In this document: one piece after another, positions 1-8,397 of the stretch
Numbering within the stretch: the first letter of the stretch is position 1
How the letters are laid out: every line of letters starts with the position of its first letter
Assembly: GCF_004010195.1 (NCBI RefSeq)
Contig: NC_057718.1
Span: forward strand, 71,271,790-71,292,617
DNA from: Chiloscyllium plagiosum
Lineage: Eukaryota
DNA: 20,828 bases
Direction: 5' to 3'
The notes under the pieces: model-generated
The model's input: the letters and a program-made list of their open reading frames with translations, nothing else
What the model was told of the DNA's origin: nothing
The model's database searches: none
Position numbers and translations under genes: made by a program

Positions 1-476
1 AGGACAGTAAGTGGGGAGAATATGATAACAAGCTAAAAGAATTGGAAAGAAATGGTTCACAATTTCAAAGGTGTTGAATTCAATATTAAGCCCAGAAGGC
101 TATAAAGTGGCTTGGATTTGTTATTTTTTGTTGTTCAGTGTTCGCAATTAGAATTCGGAAAATAAATGTTTTTTTTTAAACATTGGAATTAGGAGTTCTC
201 TTAAAGTGCCTAGTCTGAAGATGAAATGTTGTTCCTCCAGTTTGCACTGTTTCAGTAGAACACCACAGCATGCGGAGGACAGATACAACATCCTGCTCGC
301 ATGCCCATGTATTAAAATAACCGGCTACAGGATGATCAAGGTACTGCTTGCGTACAAACCAGTGATGTTCCGCAAAGCAGTCCCCAGTCTGCATTTGATT
401 TCACCATTCTAGAGAAAGCCACATTGGGTGTAGTGAATACAATACACAAGAATGGAGAAGGTACAGTTGAAATGCT
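1..476 (-). mobile_element. Penelope-like element (PLE) remnant, GIY-YIG endonuclease region; part 1 of a host copy split by the 477-1388 insertion
   Basis: Minus-strand translation gives HFNCTFSILVYCIHYTQCGFL*NGE and GDCFAEHHWFVRKQYLDHPVAGYFN, a decayed match to the PLE GIY-YIG pattern (xIYCIxCxxCGLLYIGETxRxLxxRFxEH) also seen in the better copy at 11650-12250. Confidence 0.8.
110..201. other. 92-bp AT-rich insertion flanked by a 7-bp direct repeat
   Basis: TAAAGTG at 103-109 and 202-208. Removing the insert restores contiguous PLE sequence. Contains AATAAA and a T-run. Confidence 0.55.
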
Positions 477-727
477 ATTAGGAGACAACAAGGTCTGCAG
501 ATGCTGGAAATCAGAGTTGAGAGTGTGTTGCTGGCAAAGCACAGCAGGTCAGGCAGCATCCAAGGAGCAGTAAAATCAACATTTCGGGCTGGAACCCTAC
601 ATCATAAATGAGATGGGAGGATTGGAAGGGGAAATTGTTGTGGGTTAGGACCAGTTCAAAGCCAAACAAATAAGTGTCAATAGAAGGGTACTGGTGGGAC
701 ATCGGGAGAGGAAGAAACAGAGAGCTT
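477..727 (-). mobile_element. Inverted arm of an internally deleted PLE (RT fragment fused to a hammerhead-bearing terminus)
   Basis: 608-727 is a reverse-complement homologue of about 1213-1326 (ELVLTHNNFPFQSSHLI vs ELILILNNFCFQSSHLI). About 520-580 is a reverse-complement homologue of 1330-1388. Degenerate hammerhead at 574-608. Confidence 0.8.
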
Positions 728-1388
728 CACAAGCCTGACTACCGCAGCCGACCTATCGTTTCAGCCTGCTGCTGCCTCATCGAACTCACCTACACCTACC
801 TCGATACTGTCCCTCCACTGGTCCAGGAACCCCTCCCCATATACTTTGGGACACCACCCATGCCCTGCACCTCCTCCAAAACTTCCATTTCCTCAGCCCC
901 CAAAGCCTCATCTTCACTATGGCATCCAGTCCCTCTACACCTCTAACTGCCATGACCAGGGCAATAGACAATAGGTGCCATTCTGCCCCTCGAGCCTGCA
1001 CCACCATTTAATATGATCATGGCTGATCATCCTTAATCAGTATCCTGTTCCTGCCTTATCTCCATAACCCTTGATTCCACTATCCTTGAGAGCTCTATCT
1101 AACTCTTTCTTAAATGAATCCAGAGACTGGGCCTCCACTGCCCTCTGGGGCAGAGCATTCCACACAGCCACCACTCTCTGGGTGAAGAAGCTTCTCCTCA
1201 TCTCTGTCCTCCAAGCCCTCTGTTTCTTCCTCTCCCGACATCCCCCCCCCCCACATATATTCTTATTCGTTTGCCTGAACTGATCCTCATCCTCAACAAT
1301 TTCTGCTTCCAATCCTCCCACCTCATTCCCAATTTTTCTGCTCCTCGTATGCTGCTTGACCTGCTGTGCTTTTCCAGCAACACACAAG
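728..1388 (+). mobile_element. PLE reverse-transcriptase fragment plus terminal repeat, interrupted by CR1 at 963-1207
   Basis: HKPDYRSRPIVSACCCLIELTYTYLDTV and, across frameshifts, LIFTM..SLYTS..HDQG|LQALCFFLSR..ELILILNNF are PLE RT motifs. TSD AGTTGAAATGCT at 465-476 and 1389-1400 brackets 477-1388. Confidence 0.85.
963..1207 (-). mobile_element. CR1 LINE 3' end (5'-truncated)
   Basis: MRRSFFTQRVVAVWNALPQRAVEAQSLDSFKKELD..GIKGYG is the typical CR1 ORF2 C-terminus, followed by a short 3' UTR and tail. Confidence 0.92.
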
Positions 1389-1560
1389 AGTTGAAATGCT
1401 GCTTCACCGAGAAAGACTGTTTAGGCCTTTGGATGGTGAGCAGGAAAGAGGTGAAGGGGCAGTTGTTGCACCTTCTGTAGTTATAAGGGAAGGTGCCATG
1501 GAGAGGGAGTGGGGGTGGTGTTGGTGGTTGTGGAATGGACAAGGGTTTCCCAGAGGGAAT
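1389..1560 (-). mobile_element. PLE remnant part 2 (Cys-rich linker before GIY-YIG), continuing 1-476
   Basis: HGTFPYNYRRCNNCPFTSFLLTIQRPKQSFSVKQHFN matches PGTFPCHRRNCKTCAHTSSLTSIQGPKGAFHIHQ in the 11650-12250 copy. It joins part 1 through the 12-bp TSD. Confidence 0.85.
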
Positions 1561-2039
1561 GATGAAATACTTGCCCATGGACATGATGATACCTATTGGA
1601 TATTGATAATGGGGCATTAAGTATCAGAGTATATGGACAGAGGGAAGTCAACAAAAAGAGGTTAACAAAAAGGTTGTTAAAGATTGTACACTGATAAGAT
1701 ATGATTTCTTCACAGAACCATGCAAATTTATTATGGATAGATGCTGCTGTGGATGATTGATCAGTTGGCAGCTGCTGTAATTAAACTCACTGCGATAATT
1801 AATTTGATGTACACTCTATTGTTATTTATACTGATGGTTATTTTTATTGTAGTGTTAATTTTCTGATCTAGGTTACATACTATTATTATACCACCTTGTG
1901 CAGCTGTCACTGATTGACATCTGCATTTACAATTGTAATATGCGTTGTCAAATATTATTGAACATTGAGCATTATGTGAACATTCCCAAATGTGTCTAAG
2001 CCAGCACAATCAGTTTGTTTCTTGTTCTGTGTGAAGAGA

Positions 2040-2110
2040 CCTGAAGCTGGTCAGACAGCATCAAAGGAGCAAAAGAGTTAATGTTTCGGTCCAAAACACT
2101 TTGTCAGGGT
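2040..2110 (-). mobile_element. Old solo PLE terminal fragment with a degenerate hammerhead
   Basis: Reverse complement reads CTGACAA-AGTGTTTTGGACC-GAAA-CATT-AACTC...GATGCTGTCTGACCAGC, with the same tail as the other termini. Confidence 0.6.
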
Positions 2111-2504
2111 GTCTGCATTTGCTGTTTGTAACATTATATAAGAGAGTTTTGTTCTGAGTTTTGTTTTGGGACTTCACCTCGGACTGGGATCACGACCGAT
2201 GCCAGAAATGAAAATAAGCCCCCAAACCGGCTGTCAATCAAGGGTCACTAACAGGGAGGGCTTGAATCTCATTGCTTTCTTTTCCCTCATTTTCATCTTT
2301 TTAAATGACTTAATAGATACTCCTATTTCTTTCTGTTCCAATTTTTTATTACTTAATTAATGTTCATATTTAAGCAAATTGCTGTTGTTGAATACATTGT
2401 TAAATGTACCTACATTTAACAAAAGCCAAAAGAACTGCTTGAAAACATCCTGTGATCCAAGACACTCCTCTAGCCAAGCTCTTCCAGTACACTGGAATCT
2501 ACTA

Positions 2505-3703
2505 GACGAGTTGGGGGTCATTGTTGCACAGGACATTGGTTAGGTCATTTTGGGAATACTACATGCAATTCTGGTCTTCTTCCTATTGGAAGGATTTTGT
2601 GAAACTTGAAAGGGTTCAGAAAAGACTTACAAGGATGTTTCCAGGGTTGGAGGATTTGAGCTATAGGGAGAGGCTGAATAGATTAAGACTGTTTTTGCTA
2701 CAGTGTCAGAGGCTGAAGGTGACCTTATACAGGTTTATAAAATCATGAGGGGCGTGGATAGGGTAATAGACAAAATCTGTTCCTTGGGTTGGGGGTGGGG
2801 TGGGGGGAGAGTCCAGAACTAGAGGGCATAGGTTTAGGGTGAGGGTGAGAGGGGAAAGATAGAAAAAAGGTTCTCCCATAGGTCCCTTCTACATAAAAAG
2901 GGTGGTACATGTATGGAATGAGCTGCTAGAGAAAGTGGTGGAGACTGGGACAATTATATTTAAAAGATATCTGGATGGAGCTGAGGCAGGACGGAAGTGA
3001 CATTTCAGGTGGCGTTTGTGGAGGGTTCGGCAGCAGAGGTAATGGTCATGTTCACAGAGGCTGTGGTTGTGGTGGCAATCGCAGGGACGGTAGTCCTGGA
3101 AGCGATTGCAGATACAGAGATTCTGGTGGCAATCGCGGAGGTGGTATGATTCTATGGTGGCCACAGTCCATGGAGCAGCAGGTCAGGAGTGACATAATTT
3201 GAAGCAGTGGTGGTGCCTGTAGAGCTGTGTGCATAGTGGCGTGCAACCTGTTCCGAAGGCCAGGGGAAGGGTCTGGAGTGCGGAGAGTGGTGTACTTACA
3301 TTCCTTTATGTCCGATAAGCTGCAGAAAAAGCATTTGTTGAGTGTGTGGATCCTTCTTAGGATGGAGAAGAGCCGAGGTCTTTTGCAGGTCTGGAAGAGT
3401 GTGGCCCTGAGCTGGGGCAGGGCGGCAGTGATGTCAGGCAACATTCAGGGAGAATTCAGCAGCAGAGGTAATGGTGGCGATCACAGAGATCGACGGGGGC
3501 TGCAGCGGGCGCAGAAGCGACCTCATTATTTGCAGCAGTAGCGGTACCTGTGATAGCCATGTAGCTGTACATGAGTAGAAAAGGTTTACAGGGATATAGG
3601 CCAAGTGCTGACAAACAGGACTAGATTTATTTAGGATAGCTGATAGGCATGGACAAGTTGGACCAAAACATCTGTTTCTGTGCTGTACATCTCTATGACT
3701 CTA
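2505..3703 (+). mobile_element. CR1 LINE 3' part, split by an insertion at 2979-3566
   Basis: HRTLVRSFWEYYMQFWS..KLERVQKRLTRMFPGLEDLSYRERLNRL. CTGGATGG(2978)|GTACATGA(3567) rejoins the CR1 3' end, which finishes with a CTCTATGACTCTA tail. Confidence 0.9.
2979..3566 (-). repeat. GC-rich diverged tandem unit (about 431-bp period, about 1.4 copies), probably from a PLE 5'/N-terminal region
   Basis: 2979-3047 resembles 3410-3476 (AGCTGRGGCAGGRCGGMAGTGA..GCAGCAGAGGTAATGGT) and 3187-3237 resembles 3514-3566. Minus ORF LPQLRATLFQTCKRPRLFSILRRIHTLNKCFFCSLSDIKECKY resembles shark PLE N-terminal sequence as I recall it. Confidence 0.6.
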
Positions 3704-3707
3704 AGTG

Positions 3708-4410
3708 ACTGTTATCATCATTGAATCACCCACTATCAACGTCCTTTGGGTTGTCATTGACCAGAAATTCAATTGGATTCACCATATAAACAGGGTCTGC
3801 AAGAGCAGTAAGAGGCTAAGAATACTATGCGGAGTAACATTTCCTGACTCCCCACAGCCTGTTCACCATTTACAAGCACAAGCGAGGAGTGTAATGGGAT
3901 ACTCCCCACTTGCCAGGATGAGTGAATCCCCAGTGAGGTTCAAGAAGCCTGACACCATCCAGGACAGAGCAGCTCTCTTGATTAGCACTATATTCACAAG
4001 CAACCATTCCCCCCACCACTGACATTCAATTGCAACATTGCCTATTATCCACAAAATACACTGCAGAAAATTCACGAAAGATCCTCAAACAAGCACCTTC
4101 CAAACTCACAATCACTTTCATCTAGAAGGTCAAGGGCAGCAGATATATGGAAACACTGCCACCTTCAGGTTTCCCTCCAAGCCACTCACCATCCTGACTT
4201 GGAAATATATTGCCATTCATTCACTGTTGCTGGGTCACAATTCTGGAATTTTCTCCCTAATGGTGTTGTGGGTCAACCTATAGCAGGTGGACTGCAGCAG
4301 TTCAAGAGGACAACTCAGCATCACTTTCTCAAGGGCAATTACGGTTGGGCAATACATGCTAGCCAGCCAGCAATGCTCACATCCGACAAAAATGATTAAA
4401 TAATAAAAAT
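3708..4410 (+). mobile_element. CR1/L2-group LINE (family B) 3' fragment
   Basis: ESPTINVLWVVIDQKFNWIHHIN..QARSVMGYSPLARM..DTIQDRAALLI is a post-RT LINE region, followed by an A-rich end. Homologous copies at 11016, 12251 and 19963. Confidence 0.8.
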
Positions 4411-4426
4411 AGGGTTGTTATATGAA

Positions 4427-5307
4427 CCATTTTCCAGTCCTCTGGTACCGTCCCTGACTCAAGTGATTCCTGAAGGATCACCGCCAATGCCTCTACATTC
4501 TTCTCTGGTATCTCCTTCAGAATTCTGGGATGTAGTTCATCTGGGCCATATATCCACCTTTAGACCTTTCAGCTTCCCCAGCGCATTCTTTTTCGTGGCC
4601 ATTACACTCACCTCTGTCTTGAAGTTCTGGTATGTTGCTAATGGTGAAAACTGATACAAAGTTTCAATTCCCTTGCCATTCCTTTGTTCTCTAATACCAA
4701 TTCTCGTGCCTCAATTTCTAGTGGTCCAATGTTCACTCTTCCTGCTCCCTGACCTTTGACTTATTAAAAAACTCTTGCAATATTCTTTTACAACACAAGC
4801 TAGTTTACATTCATATTTCATCTTCTCCCCATTTATTGATCTTTCAGTTATCCTCGGCTGGCTTTTAAACACTTCCCAATCCTTTGGCTTCCCATGAATC
4901 TTCATACATTGCATATTTTTTTTCTTTTGCTTTTATGCAGTCTTTGACTTTCTTTGACAGCAGAGTATATTTTTTCTTCCTTGGGATGAATTTCTATTGT
5001 GCCTCCAGAATTACCCACAGAAACACCTGCCAATGTTGCTCAACATTGTTCCCTGCTTAGCTCCCCTTCCAAACAATTCTGGCCAGTTCATGCCTCTTGT
5101 AGTTATCTTTATTAAGTTGTAATACCTTTATATCTGATTCCAGCTTCTCCCTCTCAAAATGCAGGTTAAATTCTATATTATGGTTACTGCCCCCATTGGG
5201 GTTCCTTCACCTTAATCTCCCTAATCAGGTCTGCCCCATTAGAATCCAGAATTGCCGGTTCCCTAATGGACTATACCACAAGCTGCTCCAAAAATCCATC
5301 TTGTAGA
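4427..5307 (-). mobile_element. Decayed CR1 ORF2 fragment (endonuclease C-terminus to pre-RT linker)
   Basis: Minus strand gives QDGFLEQLVV..REPAIL near 5240-5305 and KIHGKPKDWEVFKSQ..EKMKYECKLA..CKSF (ORF 4711-4914). Truncated at the Gypsy LTR start. Confidence 0.8.
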
Positions 5308-5384
5308 TGTAGTGACTGTAACAAGGTCAGCAAACTGAATGTCATAGAATAAGAATTCCGTGATTGGGGCTGTTAATCTGGTCC

Positions 5385-5551
5385 CTCTAGCTTATCTCTC
5401 CACGCTTCAGGCTCACTGCCTTTATTCCTGAAGGGCTTTTGTCCGAAACGTCGATTTTGCTGGTCCTTGGATGCTGCCTGAACTGCTGTGCTCTTCCAGC
5501 ACTACTAATCCAGAATCTGGTTTCCAGCGTCTGCAGTCATTGTTTTTACCT
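5385..5551 (+). mobile_element. Solo PLE terminal repeat with a hammerhead motif (3-nt core deletion)
   Basis: Near-identical to the reverse complement of 11651-11785. Reads ATTC-CTGA[---]A-GGGC-TTTT-GTCC-GAAA-CGTC-GATT at 5424-5456. Confidence 0.85.
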
Positions 5552-5749
5552 CCAAATCAGGGTAACCTTGCTTACATAAAATAATGTTACATAAAATAAC
5601 TCGCCCCCCGGCCGAGTTCCGTCACCGCGCCTAACCCCGCCCCCCCGCCGACCTCTGTCCCCGCCCCCAGGCCTAACCCCGCCCCCACATCCAGCTCCAG
5701 TCCCACACCAGGTCCTAGCTCCCCGCCCTGCCGTGTGTTCACCATCCCT

Positions 5750-6198
5750 NNNNNNNNNNNNNNNNNNNNNNNNNNNNNNNNNNNNNNNNNNNNNNNNNNN
5801 NNNNNNNNNNNNNNNNNNNNNNNNNNNNNNNNNNNNNNNNNNNNNNNNNNNNNNNNNNNNNNNNNNNNNNNNNNNNNNNNNNNNNNNNNNNNNNNNNNNN
5901 NNNNNNNNNNNNNNNNNNNNNNNNNNNNNNNNNNNNNNNNNNNNNNNNNNNNNNNNNNNNNNNNNNNNNNNNNNNNNNNNNNNNNNNNNNNNNNNNNNNN
6001 NNNNNNNNNNNNNNNNNNNNNNNNNNNNNNNNNNNNNNNNNNNNNNNNNNNNNNNNNNNNNNNNNNNNNNNNNNNNNNNNNNNNNNNNNNNNNNNNNNNN
6101 NNNNNNNNNNNNNNNNNNNNNNNNNNNNNNNNNNNNNNNNNNNNNNNNNNNNNNNNNNNNNNNNNNNNNNNNNNNNNNNNNNNNNNNNNNNNNNNNNN
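5750..6198. other. Assembly gap (449 N)
   Basis: Run of N. Confidence 1.
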
Positions 6199-6465
6199 TA
6201 TCTTCCGACTGGGATCCCTCCAACCGCAGGGGATGAACTTGGACTTCACCAGTTTCTTCATCCCCCCTCCCCTTGTCTCAGCCGAATCCCTCCAGCCCGG
6301 CACTGCCTTCCTGACCTGTAGTCTTCTTCTTGACCTCTCCGCCTCCACCCTACTCCGACCTATCACCCTCACCTTGACCTCTTTCCACCTATCACATTTC
6401 CAACGCCCCTCCTCCAAGTCCCTCCTCCCTACCTTTTATCTTCTCCTGCTGAACACTCTCTGCTC

Positions 6466-6501
6466 ATTCCTGAGGAAGGGCATGTGCCCAAAACGTCGAA
6501 T
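6466..6501 (+). ncRNA. Minimal type I hammerhead ribozyme motif, probably inactive (G12>A)
   Basis: Helix I ATTC/GAAT, core CTGAGGA plus extra A, helix II GGGC/GCCC, AAAA instead of GAAA, palindromic helix III ACGT, GTC cleavage triplet ending at 6497. Confidence 0.8.
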
Positions 6502-6737
6502 CTCCTTTTCCCTAGATGCTGTCTGACCTGCTGTGCTGTTCCAGCAATAAAGTTTCAGCTACATAAAATAATGAATGTCAGGGATATGGAGTTTGCAAAT
6601 GCTTGATGCAGTGAGAGGTAGTGCTATTATGTAAGTAAAGGATAATTGGTAATGGGATGCCAGACTCTGAAGTGTTATTTCAAATTCCTTTTCCTGAGAT
6701 CCACTATCAGATTAATTTTCCCAGTTCACCTGAATAT

Positions 6738-6994
6738 TCATAGAATCTCTACAATTTGGAAGCAGCCCAATCAGCCCATTGATTTCCTTACTGACCATCT
6801 GAACAGCATCCCAGTCTGACTCACCCCACTACCGTATTCCTGTAGACCTGCACTACCCATAGCTGATCCACCCAGCCTGCACATTCCTCGACACTATGGC
6901 TATGCTAAATTGCCCAATCTGCTTAACTGCACATCTTTGGACTGTGGGAGGAAACCAGAGCACCAGGAGAAAGCCCACGCAGACACAGAGAGAA
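6738..6994 (-). mobile_element. HE1-like shark SINE, 5'-truncated
   Basis: Reverse complement carries the central TTCCTCCCACAGTCCAAAGATGTGCAG block and the GATTCTATGA tail shared with the other four copies. Confidence 0.88.
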
Positions 6995-7405
6995 ATTGTT
7001 TTATGTGATCATGATTAAAATGTGCCATTAGGTGGAAATGGCTTCTTAGTTTGTGTTCATTTCACCCATTTGTTGACAAATTGTACAGAATCAGGCCCAT
7101 AATGGAAATACATACATACCAAAGGTGTTCCCTTCTGAGGGACGTTGGTCCCCATTCTGTTGATAGCTGTCTCACACACACACACACACAAAAAAAATCA
7201 CAAATCGTACAATCATTCAAACTAGGCATCCTTTAATTCATGTATTACAATTTACCAAGTTGCCCAATTTATACAAAGAATTTACCAAAGTGTCCAAACC
7301 GTCCCAGATTATTTTCAGGTGGGGTCCCGGAATAATTTACCAAGCTCCCCAATTTCACGTATGGGATTCTAACCCATTTTTTCCTCTTAGGGAACTATAA
7401 CTCCC
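6995..7405 (-). mobile_element. gag: Probable endogenous retrovirus fragment: leader plus gag matrix N-terminus (ATG at 7155)
   Basis: My translation from 7155: MGTNVPQKGTPLVCMYFHYGPDSVQFVNKWVK*TQTKKPFPPNGTF, then after a 1-nt frameshift NHDHIKQ. The MG start, TPL and (W/F)PxxGTFN recall gamma/epsilon-type matrix proteins. Confidence 0.55.
7173..7197. repeat. (CA)9 microsatellite plus A-run
   Basis: Read directly. Confidence 0.95.
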
Positions 7406-7497
7406 TTACTCTGAGCAAGCAGGTCAGAGTCCACGTACTGTGCACATGTAAATAAAGGGTGACTGGGTGACAGGATGCTTCAGTGTAGTTATTGTAG

Positions 7498-7700
7498 TGG
7501 TGACAAGAGACAACAGTACACTCTTGAAGAAAATTTGCTCACAACAGTTGTCGTTGAGTTGGAGTAAGCATCTCTGGCATCATGCCTTTATTTGAAAAGA
7601 TTGACTTACATGATCTTGCCGTTGAAGACTCGGCCCAGCATGTGGACAGAAAGCATTACTTTTTCCTGATAGATGAAAGAAAAACAGGTTTCTCAGAGAT
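7498..7700 (+). mobile_element. gag: Gypsy PBS and gag N-terminal remnant
   Basis: PBS-like TGGTGACAAG (decayed TGGCGACGAG) at 7498-7507. ATG 7582 gives MPLFEKIDLHDLAVEDSAQHVDRKHYFF, a decayed F(D)xxxEDWxxYxERxxxFF Gypsy gag motif. Confidence 0.7.
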
Positions 7701-7744
7701 TCTCCTCACTCTCGGAACCGTCTCTGACTCAAAGACATGATCTG

Positions 7745-7820
7745 AGACATTATGTACCCTGGCACCTGGGAGGCAACACACCAACAGTGAGTCTCTTTCA
7801 TTCCCACAGAACCCCTTATC
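7745..7820 (-). mobile_element. Short CR1 ORF1 (esterase) fragment
   Basis: Reverse complement encodes GFCGNERDSLLVCCLPGARV, the CR1 ORF1 SGNH-esterase VxCLPGA motif. Confidence 0.7.
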
Positions 7821-7824
7821 AGGC

Positions 7825-8397
7825 ATGGCAAGAGTTATTGGGGAAAGGCAATTATGATGTGATTAGGCAAAATGTAGGATGCATAGGATGGGGAAAGAAA
7901 TGGCAGGGGATGGGCACAGCTAAAATGTTGAGCTTATTCAAGGGAAAGCTACTGAGTGTCCTTGATAAGTATGCATCGGTCAGGCAGACAGGAAATGGTC
8001 AAATAAGTGAGCTATGGTTTACTAAAGAAGTTGAATCGCTTTCAAGAGGAAGAAGACCGCCCATGTTAGGATGATATGTGAAGACTCACTCAGGGCACTT
8101 GAATGTTAGCTACAAGTTAGCTCTCTCTTTAGGTCTTTCCTGGCTAAGAGGAGCCAGGAGAGGACATGAGAGGTCATTGGCAGATAGGATAAAGTAAAAC
8201 CTTAAAGCTGTCTATGGGTATATGAGGAATAAATGAATGACTAGAGAAACATTAGGGCTATCCGGGATTGCAGTGGGAAGTTGTGCGTGAAGTCAGAGGA
8301 GATAGGAGAAGTGCTTAATGAATATTTTTCGTCAGTATTCACACTGGAAAAAGACAATGTTGTTGAGAAGAATACAGAGATACGGGCTACTAGACTA
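7825..8397 (+). mobile_element. CR1 ORF2 internal fragment
   Basis: GKGNYDVIRQ..IGW..LFKGKLLSVLDKY..WFTKEVESL and EEIGEVLNEYFSSVFTLEKD. Confidence 0.88.

Larger units (their letters stand above)
5587..6559 (+). mobile_element. Young PLE spanning the assembly gap, with a 14-bp TSD
   Basis: Left of the gap is a Pro-rich linker ..PTPGPSSPPCRVFTIP (pre-RT). Right of the gap is IFRLGSLQPQGMNLDFTSF (GIY-YIG C-terminus), a pyrimidine-rich 3' region, a hammerhead and AATAAA. TACATAAAATAATG at 5573-5586 and 6560-6573. Confidence 0.85.
5308..7496 (+). mobile_element. Gypsy-type 5' LTR in pieces (5308-5384, 5552-5586, 6560-~6590, ~7405-7496)
   Basis: Starts TGTAGTGACTGTAACAAGG. AATAAA at 7451-7456. 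Ends ..TTATTGTA directly before a PBS-like TGGTGACAAG and a gag start. The pieces rejoin when the nested inserts are removed. Confidence 0.65.

Noticed and set aside
5629..5686. CCTAACCC as telomeric repeat or telomere-targeted PLE
   Set aside because: Only two isolated copies, both inside an in-frame Pro-rich linker, and the element has a GIY-YIG C-terminus.
5546..6526. Long ORFs of 167-276 aa across the gap
   Set aside because: Length is an artefact of translating N. Only the plus-strand flanks are meaningful (PLE).
7250..7344. Three AATTTACCAA repeats as a CRISPR-like array
   Set aside because: Repeats are only 10 bp with irregular spacing in a vertebrate context. They fit a retroviral leader better.
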